A DNA stretch of 64,000 nucleotides from an uncultured Prevotellaceae bacterium (GCA_900313235.1 OMQN01000001.1:9145-73144); one strand, 5' to 3'; shown: positions 47,005 through 57,387, numbered from the stretch's first letter. The notes: generated by a model from the sequence alone, not told the origin. Made by a program: numbers and translations.

Positions 47005-48873
47005 ATGAAGGAATTCCTACAAGTATTACGTCGGTTTGTACCGCCATACAAGAAGTTTCTTGTATTGTCTGTATTGTTCAATATCCTCTCTGCGATACTG
47101 AACATCTTCTCTTTTGCGGCTCTCATACCTCTGCTGAACATCCTGTTCCAGACTGAAGACTCCATGAGGCAAGTGGAATATATACCATGGACGCTTGACA
47201 ACATCAAGGATGTGGCTAACAACAACATGAACTACTTCGTTCAGAACATGGTAATAGAATGGGGTGCCACAACCACGCTGCTGCTCATAGGACTCTTTCT
47301 GGCGTTCATGACATTCCTGAAGACTGGTGCGTATTTCCTGTCATCGGCAACGATCATCCCTATACGTACGGGCGTGGTAAGGGATATTCGCAACCAACTG
47401 TATCAGAAAATCACATCGCTCTCACTGGGCTTCTTCTCCGAAGAACGTAAGGGTGACATCATCGCCCGTATGAGCGGTGACGTACAGGAGATAGAAAACA
47501 GTATCATGTCGAGCCTCGACATGCTGTTCAAGAACCCTATTCTCATAATAACCTACTTCACCACACTGCTCATCATCAGTTGGCAGCTTACTCTGTTCAC
47601 CATCTTCTTCGTACCGATATTCGGATGGTTCATGGGTATCATCGGCAGGAAACTGAAAGCAAAGTCCGTGGCTGCACAGGGACTGTGGAGCGACACCATG
47701 AGCCAGGTGGAAGAGACTCTGGGCGGACTGCGTATCATCAAGGCTTTCTGTGCTGAGGAGAAGATGAACGAACGCTTTGACAAGGTAAACTCGGAGTTCC
47801 GCAACAACATCATGAAGGTGAACATCCGCCAGCAGCTCGCCCACCCCATGAGTGAGTTCCTCGGCACGGTGATGATCGTCATCGTGTTATGGTTTGGCGG
47901 TATTCTGGTGCTCAACAACCAGACCATCACTGGTCCTACGTTCATCTACTATCTCGTAATACTCTACTCTATCATCCAACCTCTGAAGGAATTCTCCAAG
48001 GCTGGGTATAACATACCGAAGGGACTGGCGTCCATGGAGCGTGTGGACAAGATATTGATGGCAGAGATAGACATCAAAGACCCTGAGAATCCGAAGCCAC
48101 TACCAACCTTCGAGCATGAGATAGAGTTCAGACACGTATGGTTCGGATATAAGGCAAGGAGCAACTCCAACGGCAACAAGATTGAGAATGCACCGATAGA
48201 ATGGGTACTCAAGGACATCAATCTGGTGATACCAAAGGGTAAGACCATCGCCCTGGTGGGACAAAGTGGTAGCGGAAAGTCGACTCTCGTAGACCTGATC
48301 CCACGATATTACGATGTGCAAAAGGGCGAGGTGCTCATCGACGGTATCAACGTAAAGGACCTCGGGGTACACGACCTGCGCAAACTCATAGGCAATGTCA
48401 ACCAGGAGGCGATACTCTTCAACGACAACTTCTACAACAACATCACCTTCGGAGTGGAGAATGCCACACAGGAGGACGTGGAGCGTGCCGCAAAGATAGC
48501 CAATGCCCACGACTTCATCCAGCATAGCGACCACGGATATGACACAAACATCGGAGACAGAGGTAGCCGACTGAGTGGAGGACAACGCCAGCGTGTGAGC
48601 ATAGCACGTGCCATCCTGAAGAACCCGCCAATACTCATCCTCGACGAGGCGACATCGGCACTCGACACCGAGAGCGAACGACTGGTACAGGATGCACTGG
48701 AGCATCTGATGAAGACGCGCACCACCATTGCCATCGCCCACCGCCTGTCAACTATCAAGAACTCCAACGAGATATGTGTACTACACGAGGGACAGATAGT
48801 GGAACGAGGCACACACGACGAGCTAATGGCATCCGATGGATACTATAAGAAACTTCACGACATGCAGGCGTGA
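47005..48873 (+). CDS. msbA: ABC exporter, fused TM/ATPase (MsbA-like lipid A flippase candidate)
   Basis: TM domain, GQSGSGKST, LSGGQRQR and ILDEATSALD; heads an operon with a lipid A acyltransferase; ATG 47005 follows TACCTTTG at 46988. Confidence 0.8.
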   Translation: MKEFLQVLRRFVPPYKKFLVLSVLFNILSAILNIFSFAALIPLLNILFQTEDSMRQVEYIPWTLDNIKDVANNNMNYFVQNMVIEWGATTTLLLIGLFLAFMTFLKTGAYFLSSATIIPIRTGVVRDIRNQLYQKITSLSLGFFSEERKGDIIARMSGDVQEIENSIMSSLDMLFKNPILIITYFTTLLIISWQLTLFTIFFVPIFGWFMGIIGRKLKAKSVAAQGLWSDTMSQVEETLGGLRIIKAFCAEEKMNERFDKVNSEFRNNIMKVNIRQQLAHPMSEFLGTVMIVIVLWFGGILVLNNQTITGPTFIYYLVILYSIIQPLKEFSKAGYNIPKGLASMERVDKILMAEIDIKDPENPKPLPTFEHEIEFRHVWFGYKARSNSNGNKIENAPIEWVLKDINLVIPKGKTIALVGQSGSGKSTLVDLIPRYYDVQKGEVLIDGINVKDLGVHDLRKLIGNVNQEAILFNDNFYNNITFGVENATQEDVERAAKIANAHDFIQHSDHGYDTNIGDRGSRLSGGQRQRVSIARAILKNPPILILDEATSALDTESERLVQDALEHLMKTRTTIAIAHRLSTIKNSNEICVLHEGQIVERGTHDELMASDGYYKKLHDMQA

Positions 48874-48879
48874 TACATG

Positions 48880-48949
48880 GAACGAGGAACATTGAACTAT
48901 GAACCATGCACTGTGAACTATGAACTATGCACTGTGAACTATGAACTAT
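48880..48949. repeat. 10 x 7-nt tandem repeat (GAACTAT/GCACTGT) spanning the intergenic gap and the next start codon
   Basis: gaacgag gaacatt gaactat gaaccat gcactgt gaactat gaactat gcactgt gaactat gaactat. Confidence 0.85.
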
Positions 48950-49861
48950 AAACTCCTATATCCCCTTTTCTATCTTCTGTCCCTACTTCCATTTTGGGCA
49001 CTCTACCTCTTGTCCGACTTCGCATATCTCATTATCTACAAGATGGTAGGCTATAGGACAAGGGTCGTGCGCAATAATCTGCGTACGTCTTTCCCTGAGA
49101 AGAACGATGAGGAACTCAAGACGATAGAGAGGAAGTTCTACCACTGGCTGTGCGACTATTTCCTTGAGGCACTGAAGCTACTGAGCATCAGCAAGAAAGA
49201 ACTCGACCGCCGCTTTATCATGACCAATCCTGAGGTCATCACCGACTGCTTCAAGGAGGGACAGAACGTAGCAGCTATACTTGGCCACTACTGTAACTGG
49301 GAATGGCTGTCAAGAGTGGGCAAGGACTTTTATAAAGACAACGAGAACATTGACGACAAGTGGAAGGTGGGACTGATCTATCATCCACTATACAGTAAGG
49401 TGTTCAACCAACTGCTCATCGACATACGCACCTGTGAGTCGAGCGTCACTGTTCCAAAGAACGACATTCTGCGCCAGCTGCTCACATTCAAGCGTGAAGG
49501 CATAATGTCAATATTCGGATATATCTCTGACCAGGCACCGAAATGGGAGAACATCCACCTGTGGCTACCATTCCTAAACCACGACACACCTGTCTTTACT
49601 GGCGGCGAACGTATCATGCGAAAGATGAACGATGCCATCTTCTACGTGGAGATGGGGCGTCCCAAGCGTGGCTACTACACATGTACCTATCACCTCATCA
49701 CAAAAGAGCCCAACAGCCTGCCCGAGCATGAGATCACCCGACGCTTCTTCCAGATGCTGGAAAAGACCATACAGCAGAACCCAGAATACTATCTGTGGAG
49801 CCATAACCGTTGGAAACGTACTCACGAAGAATATAACCGCAGGTTCGGAATAACTGAATAA
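48941..49861 (+). CDS. lipid A biosynthesis acyltransferase (LpxL/HtrB family)
   Basis: GHYCNWEW, ISDQAP and PEYYLWSHNRWK. Confidence 0.88.
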   Translation: MNYKLLYPLFYLLSLLPFWALYLLSDFAYLIIYKMVGYRTRVVRNNLRTSFPEKNDEELKTIERKFYHWLCDYFLEALKLLSISKKELDRRFIMTNPEVITDCFKEGQNVAAILGHYCNWEWLSRVGKDFYKDNENIDDKWKVGLIYHPLYSKVFNQLLIDIRTCESSVTVPKNDILRQLLTFKREGIMSIFGYISDQAPKWENIHLWLPFLNHDTPVFTGGERIMRKMNDAIFYVEMGRPKRGYYTCTYHLITKEPNSLPEHEITRRFFQMLEKTIQQNPEYYLWSHNRWKRTHEEYNRRFGITE

Positions 49862-50616
49862 TGGTGGTAATCGACTCTAAATACAAATCCATATCAGCAC
49901 AACTCAAAAGCATTCCAGATGTTTTTGGGCAAGGCGAACTGATATTCAACGGAAGAAACCAAATACGAAAATTCTGTATCGACGGACAAGTTGTCGTGGT
50001 GAAAAGATATAAGCGCCATGACTACCTGAAAAGTATTATATACACATTCTTCCGTAAGAACAAGGCAAGACGATCGTATGAAAATGCCCAGGAACTGCAG
50101 AAAAGAGGATACGACACGCCACAACCCATCGCCTATTGGGAAGACCGAAGTTGCGGACTCATCAGACAGGTGTACTATGCCTGCGAATATACTGACGCAC
50201 AACCTATCCGTCCGCAACTCATCGACCAAGAGCCGTTCGACGAACCATTAGCCACAGCATACGCCCACTTCGTGGCATCGCTCCATGAACACGGCATCCT
50301 GCATCGCGACCTGAACCCGACTAATGTGCTATATTCGAGGAGTGAGGAGTCCTACCACTTCCAGCTCATCGATATCAATCGTATGCGTTTCTTCGAAGGT
50401 GAGGTCCCGAAGGCTGAATGTATGGAGAATCTAACCCTCTTCTGGTGGCTCACAGATGTCTATCGCTTCGTACTGCGAGAATATGCCACCATACGTAGGT
50501 GGACAGATGAAGACATACAGCAAGCCATATACGTCAAGGAACGTCACGACCGCCGATGGATTCGACGAAAAAACTTCACCGCAATATTCAAACACAAAAA
50601 ACTGAAAACATCATGA
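49861..50616 (+). CDS. lipopolysaccharide kinase (Kdo/WaaP/InaA family)
   Basis: VVKRY, A.RSYENA, LHRDLNPTNVL and LIDINRM. Confidence 0.85.
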   Translation: MVVIDSKYKSISAQLKSIPDVFGQGELIFNGRNQIRKFCIDGQVVVVKRYKRHDYLKSIIYTFFRKNKARRSYENAQELQKRGYDTPQPIAYWEDRSCGLIRQVYYACEYTDAQPIRPQLIDQEPFDEPLATAYAHFVASLHEHGILHRDLNPTNVLYSRSEESYHFQLIDINRMRFFEGEVPKAECMENLTLFWWLTDVYRFVLREYATIRRWTDEDIQQAIYVKERHDRRWIRRKNFTAIFKHKKLKTS

Positions 50617-51614
50617 AGTACTACATCGAGATAGGAACTATCAATAAGGCTAAGGAAGATATCGACGAGATATGTCGACGCGAAGGCTTCGTCAACCTCA
50701 CCCGCAAGAACTTTGGCAGCGGTGGTGTGGGCAGGTTTATGACCAAGATGGTCAGTGTATGCCGCATACTGACAACACTCCACAAGGGCGACATCCTGTT
50801 TCTGCAGTATCCCATGAAGAAGTTCTATAAGATGGCTTGCACCTTCGCTCAGTGTAAGGGTGCCAAGGTGGTGACCATAATCCACGACCTCGGGGCTTTC
50901 CGCCGCCATAAGCTGACACCCGAGCAGGAGAACCGACGCCTCGCAAAGACCGACTTCCTCATCGTTCACAACCCCACCATGCGCGACTACCTGCTGGAGC
51001 ACGGCTTCAAGGGCGGCATCCACTGCCTGCAGATATTCGACTATCTGTCTGACAAGACGGCTTCGACATACACTAAGGACACTGACACATGGCAAGTGGT
51101 ATATGCTGGCAACCTGGGCAAATGGCGCAACGAGTTCCTATATAAACTCGACCAATGCATTGACGGTTGGGAAATGGATCTCTATGGCAAAGGATTCGAG
51201 GAGAGCGAAAATCACTGTGACCGTCTCCATTATCATGGGTTCATCGCCTCCGACGATTTTATCTCTAACGTCAAAGCCGACTTCGGACTGGTATGGGATG
51301 GCGATTCCATCGACGCATGCACAGGTGCTTGGGGCGAATACCTAAAGATCAACAACCCACATAAGACGTCATTCTATCTGCGTGCAGGCATACCCGTCAT
51401 CGTATGGAGCCAGGCAGCTATGGCACCCTTTGTCCGTGACAACCATTTAGGACTCGTTGTCGACACCATCGAAGACATTGGCAGACAGCTAAGGACCCTC
51501 ACAACAGATCAATACCAACAAATAAGAGAGAATGCTGCCGCCATTGCCCTGCGCTTGGCTGACGGACACTACGTCAAAGAGGGTATGCGAGCTGCTGACA
51601 AATATTTGCAATAA
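50613..51614 (+). CDS. galactofuranosyltransferase (WbbI-like GT-B)
   Basis: FLQYP, IIHDL, IFDYL, VYAGNL, FGLVWDG and NNPHKTSFYL.AGIPVIVW; ATGA overlap at 50613. Confidence 0.78.
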   Translation: MKYYIEIGTINKAKEDIDEICRREGFVNLTRKNFGSGGVGRFMTKMVSVCRILTTLHKGDILFLQYPMKKFYKMACTFAQCKGAKVVTIIHDLGAFRRHKLTPEQENRRLAKTDFLIVHNPTMRDYLLEHGFKGGIHCLQIFDYLSDKTASTYTKDTDTWQVVYAGNLGKWRNEFLYKLDQCIDGWEMDLYGKGFEESENHCDRLHYHGFIASDDFISNVKADFGLVWDGDSIDACTGAWGEYLKINNPHKTSFYLRAGIPVIVWSQAAMAPFVRDNHLGLVVDTIEDIGRQLRTLTTDQYQQIRENAAAIALRLADGHYVKEGMRAADKYLQ

Positions 51615-51644
51615 CACCCATAACCATATTACGTCATTGTATAC

Positions 51645-52658
51645 ATGAAAAAAATACTCCTGCTAAACCGAGACCCGTGGCTCACCTTCCGTCAACTGAA
51701 AAACACAGACGGCATCACTGATGACGGCAAGTTCCAGTTTTTCATCAATGACATGAACTGCCAGCCGGACTTCGCTGTCGTGAAGGGTAAGGGTATCATC
51801 GACACAGTAGAACTGCCCGTGCCAAAGAGTCGTACACTCCTGCTCACAGGCGAGCCCTATGATGTACTGGAATATCCTCGTGGCTATTGCAGCCAGTTTG
51901 GTACGGTATTGGCATGCAACGATAAGATAAAGGCAGATGAAGGCACTCGCATCATCCACACCCCAGCCATGCTCTCGTGGTTTGTCGGAGCTGTGATGGA
52001 CGGCTCGGGACAATATCGGTTTACCATGAACAACGAGGACTTACGACAGGCACACCCTAAGAAGAGCAAACTGATATCGGTCATCACCAGCCGTAAGGCA
52101 TTCACACAAGGACATGTAGACCGTCTCCGCTTCATCGAAAAGCTACAGAACCGATATGGCGACAAGGTAGACATCTATGGTAGTGGTTTCAGTCGTTTCG
52201 ACGACAAATGGGATGTCTTGGCTCCATACAAGTACCACATCGCAATAGAGAACTCATGCGTTGACTACTACTGGACCGAGAAACTGGCAGACTGCTTCCT
52301 TGCAGAGACTTTCCCCCTGTATCATGGATGTACTAATGTTGGCGACTACTTCCCACGCCAAAGCTACGAACCCATCGACATACGCAACTTTGACGAAGCC
52401 GCACGCATTATCGACAGCGTTATAGAGCAAGACCGATACACAGAATCATACGATGCCATTAAGGATGCCAAAGAGAACGTACTGGGCAAATATAACATCT
52501 TTAACTATGTCGCAGATGTTTGCAGCAGTCTCCATGACGACGGCAGCAAGGGTACGACAACCGTCAGCCCCGCCAGCAAGTTCTTCTCTGCCCATAACCT
52601 CTATCTCTATACCATAGGACGCAACTACTACAAACTAAAGAACCGTTTTGGACTATGA
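51645..52658 (+). CDS. glycosyltransferase family 10 (fucosyltransferase-like)
   Basis: YKYHIAIENS..DYYWTEKL.DCFLA motif. Confidence 0.82.
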   Translation: MKKILLLNRDPWLTFRQLKNTDGITDDGKFQFFINDMNCQPDFAVVKGKGIIDTVELPVPKSRTLLLTGEPYDVLEYPRGYCSQFGTVLACNDKIKADEGTRIIHTPAMLSWFVGAVMDGSGQYRFTMNNEDLRQAHPKKSKLISVITSRKAFTQGHVDRLRFIEKLQNRYGDKVDIYGSGFSRFDDKWDVLAPYKYHIAIENSCVDYYWTEKLADCFLAETFPLYHGCTNVGDYFPRQSYEPIDIRNFDEAARIIDSVIEQDRYTESYDAIKDAKENVLGKYNIFNYVADVCSSLHDDGSKGTTTVSPASKFFSAHNLYLYTIGRNYYKLKNRFGL

Positions 52659-53458
52659 CCATCGGCATTATCATATCCACATACAACAACCCAGCATGGC
52701 TCGAGAAGACGCTATGGAGCTATATGGTCCAGCGTCGTAAGGCCGATGAGATAGTCATCGCCGATGACGGTTCGCGCGAAGACACCCGACAGATGATAGA
52801 AAAGTACAAGGAGTTGTTGCCGATAAAGCACGTTTGGCATGAAGACAAGGGTTTTCGTAAGACAAAGATTCTCAACGAGGCACTACGAGTAGCCACCAGC
52901 AACTACCTCATCTTCACTGATCAGGACTGTGTGGCACGTCCCGACTTCATCGCCACTCATGAGCGGTACGCAGAAGAAGGGTTCCTTCTCTCTGGAGGCT
53001 ATTTCAAACTGCCGATGGACATCAGCAAGCGTCTGACACGGGACGACATCCAGAGCGGCAGAGCATTCCGCCTCGAATGGCTGCGCCGACAGGGACTGAG
53101 CCTCAACTTCAAGTGTACGAAACTCGTACAGCGACGAAGGTTTGCCTGGCTGATGAACCATATCACCCCCACCCATGCTACATGGAACGGAATGAACAGC
53201 TCTGGCTGGCGTAAGGACATCCTTGCCGTCAATGGATTTGACGAACGCATGCAGTATGGAGGTGAGGACCGTGAGATGGGCGAGCGCCTCTTCAACATGG
53301 GCATACGCAGCAAACAGATACGCTACTCAGCCATCATCCTACACCTTGACCACGGTCGCCCGTATGTCAACCAGGAAGCGTGGGATCTGAACAATAAAAT
53401 ACGAAAGGAGACAAGACAAAGCCATCGCATACGGACGGAGTATGGGATTGAGGTGTGA
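52655..53458 (+). CDS. glycosyltransferase family 2
   Basis: IISTYN, IADDGS, FTDQDC, NGFDE...YGGED and galactosyl_T-like C-terminus. Confidence 0.88.
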   Translation: MTIGIIISTYNNPAWLEKTLWSYMVQRRKADEIVIADDGSREDTRQMIEKYKELLPIKHVWHEDKGFRKTKILNEALRVATSNYLIFTDQDCVARPDFIATHERYAEEGFLLSGGYFKLPMDISKRLTRDDIQSGRAFRLEWLRRQGLSLNFKCTKLVQRRRFAWLMNHITPTHATWNGMNSSGWRKDILAVNGFDERMQYGGEDREMGERLFNMGIRSKQIRYSAIILHLDHGRPYVNQEAWDLNNKIRKETRQSHRIRTEYGIEV

Positions 53459-53507
53459 GTTTTTAGTTTTTAGTTTTTGGTTTTTAGTTTTTAGTTTTTG
53501 GTTTTTA
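53459..53507. repeat. 7 x 7-nt tandem repeat (GTTTTTA/GTTTTTG) between convergent operons
   Basis: gttttta gttttta gtttttg gttttta gttttta gtttttg gttttta. Confidence 0.88.
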
Positions 53508-53521
53508 GAACGTTCAATGTT

Positions 53522-54337
53522 CTACGTATTATACTCCTTGTACGGCATTTCCAAATTCATGTAATGTATATTATGCTGGAACTCTGTTCCCGCTGGTGGC
53601 GGAGTCATATAGTCACCATACATGTGTGAGAGCAGATAGTCATACTGCTCAACTCCCATCAGCGTACGGTCCTCAAACGGATACGGCGTCGGGGTGCCAT
53701 AAACCTCGCGTGGCACCACGCTGCGCAGTCCGTCGTCAAAGCACAACACCTGACGGCTCTCATAGAAGTCATATTTCGTGAGCATCCTGCGTATGCGCTT
53801 CTGTATACCTTCTACGGTGAATAGCTTATGACACAACAGCGGTATCCACGAGCTTACTCCATGACCGTGTCGATAGGGATCACGGCATGTGAAATATAGT
53901 AGTTTGCAAAGGTATTTATAATGCATAAAGCGCAACCGCCTGCGCCATCTGCTGTCGGGCATACCGTCGACAGGGAACACGTCGACATACACTCCTCCGA
54001 CATGTCCCAGATGGGCTCGCTCGATGAGTGTCGTTCTTGAGTCTTGTATCTTTCCGAAGGGATGCGGATAGTTGCTGTCGTTCTCTGCACACACCATCTC
54101 ATAGTGCTCGGGCAGCCACTCGGAGGCATGCTCTATAAGGCGGTCGTAGTCACGATGGGGCATACAGATGTCGGCATCGTCGTCCCACGGAATGAAACCC
54201 TTATGGCGCACAGCACCGAGCATAGTACCAGCGATGATATAATAAGTAAGATTATGCTTTTTGCATGTCTCGTCTATCGCCGTCAATATGTCGAGCATCT
54301 TCCCGTGTATCTCTTTTATGTCGTAGTCTGCCATCAC
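53522..54337 (-). CDS. licD: LicD family nucleotidyl-activated phospho(no)transferase
   Basis: GTMLGAVRHKGFIPWDDDADI, DVFP and YGDYMTPPP. Confidence 0.9.
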   Translation of the reverse strand: MMADYDIKEIHGKMLDILTAIDETCKKHNLTYYIIAGTMLGAVRHKGFIPWDDDADICMPHRDYDRLIEHASEWLPEHYEMVCAENDSNYPHPFGKIQDSRTTLIERAHLGHVGGVYVDVFPVDGMPDSRWRRRLRFMHYKYLCKLLYFTCRDPYRHGHGVSSWIPLLCHKLFTVEGIQKRIRRMLTKYDFYESRQVLCFDDGLRSVVPREVYGTPTPYPFEDRTLMGVEQYDYLLSHMYGDYMTPPPAGTEFQHNIHYMNLEMPYKEYNT

Positions 54338-55107
54338 TATAGTTTATTTACGATATTCTCCTCAGCGTATGCCAGGTCGTCGGCATCATCTATCTCATAC
54401 CAAGCCACATCTTTTGCGTTGAGTACAAACACAGGACTGACGTTCTGCGACATCCATAGGAGCTGGTACTCATATCCGAGCTTCGGTTTCTCGTCGACTA
54501 TCTTGGCATACTCGCTGCACATTGTCTTATAGAATGCTGATGACAACTTATGTATTCCTACCAGTTCGCCAGCAGCTTGGACCTCTTCTTTTACCGTAGA
54601 ACAGCGTGTAAGGGTTCCGTCATCATCATGCTCCACATAGTACTGATCCTGAAACTTGGTCACGGGGGTGATGAGCATGATGTCCTTGTGGGTGTCTTCC
54701 AAAAGATGGGTTATAGCATTACGACTGAAGATAATGTCTGACTCCAGCAGCAGGAAGTCGTCATCGCCTATAGCTTCCCTACTATTATATAGCGTATACA
54801 TGCTATTGGTCTCGGCATATCGTGGGCTGAACACCGTCTCTACCTGCGGGTACTGCTCCGCCAGTCGCTCATACCACTCACGATGGTAGCCCGTACCGAT
54901 GATGATACGCTTTATTCCACACTCTATGAGAGTCTCTATCGAGCGTATCACCATCGCCTTACCGCCAACTTCGATAAATCCCTTAGGCATGGTCTCGGTC
55001 ATACTACCAAACCGGCTGCCCAGTCCGGCTGCCATGATGACGGCAGTGGTAGTCCCACCCCCTAACCTTTGGGGAGTAGATGGTTTCGGAGAGGGAGTAT
55101 TAGTCAT
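54337..55107 (-). CDS. phosphocholine/phosphonate cytidylyltransferase (LicC/PntC-like)
   Basis: IMAAGLGSRF...PKG, TNSMYTL, ESD and WYEIDD; lies inside the AEP operon. Confidence 0.85.
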   Translation of the reverse strand: MTNTPSPKPSTPQRLGGGTTTAVIMAAGLGSRFGSMTETMPKGFIEVGGKAMVIRSIETLIECGIKRIIIGTGYHREWYERLAEQYPQVETVFSPRYAETNSMYTLYNSREAIGDDDFLLLESDIIFSRNAITHLLEDTHKDIMLITPVTKFQDQYYVEHDDDGTLTRCSTVKEEVQAAGELVGIHKLSSAFYKTMCSEYAKIVDEKPKLGYEYQLLWMSQNVSPVFVLNAKDVAWYEIDDADDLAYAEENIVNKL

Positions 55108-56221
55108 TGTACACTACTTTTATGTTATACTTCTCCAATGCCTCTTTCAGCACCACGAAGAAAGCCTCGATATCCTTCACATCAATGGCTCCAAGCGAGC
55201 ATAGTCGGAAGGTATCGGTAGTGGAGATCTTGCCTGGATAAATCGTAAAGCCATGATCATAGCAATAGTCATGTACCTTGTCAAAATCCCAGTTCTCATC
55301 GTCAGGGTATTTCACCGATACTACCAGTCCCGACTGTATCTCCCTACGTATCACGTCCCTGAAACCCAGCTCTGCGAGTCCTTTGTGAATAGCCTCAAAC
55401 ACCCGACGATGGCGTGCAAACTTCTCCGTCTCTCCCTCAGCCCAATACTCTTTCAGAGCCTGTATGGTGGAATAGATTGTCTGAACGGGTGGTGTGAAAT
55501 GCATCTGTCCTGTCTTCTCGAAATAGTCGTATTGCAGATACAGATTACAATAATACGAACGTTTAGGATAGTCCTTCGACTCACGAATGATGTCCTCCCT
55601 ACCAATGACAAACGACAGTCCTGTCATCGCCATCAGTCCTTTCTGTGCAGATGCCATGCAGAAGTCTACGTTATCCTTTACAACGTCCAGCGGAATCATG
55701 CCCAGCGATGATGTGGTGTCGCATACGAAGATGGCATCATGTTCGTGTGCCATCCTACCAATCTCCCTGATGGGGTTGAGCACACCCGTACCTGTCTCGT
55801 GGTGGGTGGTATACACCAGTGCTACGTCAGGGTTCTCGTCCAATGTACGTTCCACATCCTTCAGGTCTGGCACATCATATACTGACGACTTCAGATCGAT
55901 ATGTGGCATACCATAATATTGGCATATCTCGACAGCACGTGTGCTGTACGCTCCGTTGTTGACGACCAGTATCTTCTTTCCTGCTGGTAGCAGCGAGTTC
56001 AGGCAGATGTCTATATTTATCGTTCCCGAACCAGTAAAGAGTACTGATGTATATCGTTCGTCGCCATGTACCACTCTGACGAGATCTTCTCTGAGTCCCT
56101 TCATCATGTTGGCAAACTCCTTCTCACGCGGGCAGATATCTGGTACCACCTGCGCCATCTTCACTGTATCGGTAGTAGTCGCAGGACCAGGATTCAATAA
56201 TATATTTCTCTTTATTTCCAT
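55100..56221 (-). CDS. aepZ: 2-aminoethylphosphonate aminotransferase
   Basis: LLNPGPATT, NGAY, HHETGTG, PLP Lys in SAQKG, FTPP and IYPGK. Confidence 0.9.
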   Translation of the reverse strand: MEIKRNILLNPGPATTTDTVKMAQVVPDICPREKEFANMMKGLREDLVRVVHGDERYTSVLFTGSGTINIDICLNSLLPAGKKILVVNNGAYSTRAVEICQYYGMPHIDLKSSVYDVPDLKDVERTLDENPDVALVYTTHHETGTGVLNPIREIGRMAHEHDAIFVCDTTSSLGMIPLDVVKDNVDFCMASAQKGLMAMTGLSFVIGREDIIRESKDYPKRSYYCNLYLQYDYFEKTGQMHFTPPVQTIYSTIQALKEYWAEGETEKFARHRRVFEAIHKGLAELGFRDVIRREIQSGLVVSVKYPDDENWDFDKVHDYCYDHGFTIYPGKISTTDTFRLCSLGAIDVKDIEAFFVVLKEALEKYNIKVVYND

Positions 56222-56230
56222 TTCAATTTT

Positions 56231-57358
56231 TTAATTCTTCAAAAACTCCATCAGAGCCTCCTTGTTCTCTATCGGGGTGGTAGTAGGGCGTCCCAAGTCC
56301 TTACGGTTACCCTTATGTACACATATCTGCAGGAGCACCGGACCCTCCATGTCCTTAACCTCACTGAGCACACCCAGCAGGTCGTCCATAGTGCTCACGC
56401 TGAACGCAGCCTTATATCCCACAGACAGGGCAATCTCTGGTAGGTCGATAGAGAGTCCTACTGTAGGCTGTCCACCCACCGAGTCATGAGCTCCGTTGTT
56501 GAATACCACGTGTATGTAGTTTGCGGCGGGTTTTGATCCTACTATTGCCATCGAGCCCATGTGCATGATGCTCGCACCGTCGCCGTCAAAACACCATACT
56601 CGTCGGTCGGTCTTCTCCATAGCGATGCCGAGCGCTATCTGACTGGCATGTCCCATCGAGCCCACCGTCAGGAAGTCACGCTCATGTCCTTCACCCTTTG
56701 CTGCACGATATTCGAAAAGTTCACGACTGATCATGCCCGTTGTCGACACTATCACGTCCTTCTCGCCCAGTGCGGCAGCCACCGTCTGAATAGCTTCCTC
56801 ACGAGCCAGTGGCAGAGAGTTGTCATTGGCGTTATCGTTGGTCACCTTCTCAAAAGTATCTTTTTCTATCACCAGTGCATACACCTCCTTGGTTTTTCTC
56901 ATGTGGTCCACAGCCTTGGCAATCTGCTCGGCTGCCTCGCCCTCATCCTTGCTGAGCACCTCGTAGGGTATCTCCATCGTGTCCAACAGCGACAGTGTCA
57001 CCCTACCCTGCTTTACGTGTTGCGGTTCGTCGTGTACTCCTGGCCGTCCACGCCAGCCAATCACCAATAGTACAGGTATGTTATACACTTCTTTATCAGT
57101 CAGCGAAGCCAGCGGATTGATGATGTTGCCCTCGCCAGAGTTCTGCATATACACCACAGGTATCTCTCCTGTAGCCAGATAGTGACCCGCAGCCAGTCCC
57201 ATCGCACCGCCCTCATTGGCAGCAATGATGTTATGACGTTCGTCAGCATTTGCCGTGATATATGCACATAAGTTTTTCAGCAGCGAGTCGGGCACACCTG
57301 CATAGAAGTCTATGCCATACTGTGCCAGTGTATTGTAAAAAAAGTCAGGTCTTATCAT
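56231..57358 (-). CDS. aepY: phosphonopyruvate decarboxylase
   Basis: GVPDSLLK, ANEG, YMQNSG.GN, DEPQH, GSMGH, DGDG and NNGAHDSVGGQ. Confidence 0.93.
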   Translation of the reverse strand: MIRPDFFYNTLAQYGIDFYAGVPDSLLKNLCAYITANADERHNIIAANEGGAMGLAAGHYLATGEIPVVYMQNSGEGNIINPLASLTDKEVYNIPVLLVIGWRGRPGVHDEPQHVKQGRVTLSLLDTMEIPYEVLSKDEGEAAEQIAKAVDHMRKTKEVYALVIEKDTFEKVTNDNANDNSLPLAREEAIQTVAAALGEKDVIVSTTGMISRELFEYRAAKGEGHERDFLTVGSMGHASQIALGIAMEKTDRRVWCFDGDGASIMHMGSMAIVGSKPAANYIHVVFNNGAHDSVGGQPTVGLSIDLPEIALSVGYKAAFSVSTMDDLLGVLSEVKDMEGPVLLQICVHKGNRKDLGRPTTTPIENKEALMEFLKN

Positions 57359-57387
57359 TATTCTATTCTTTAATTTTCCCTCTCTCC

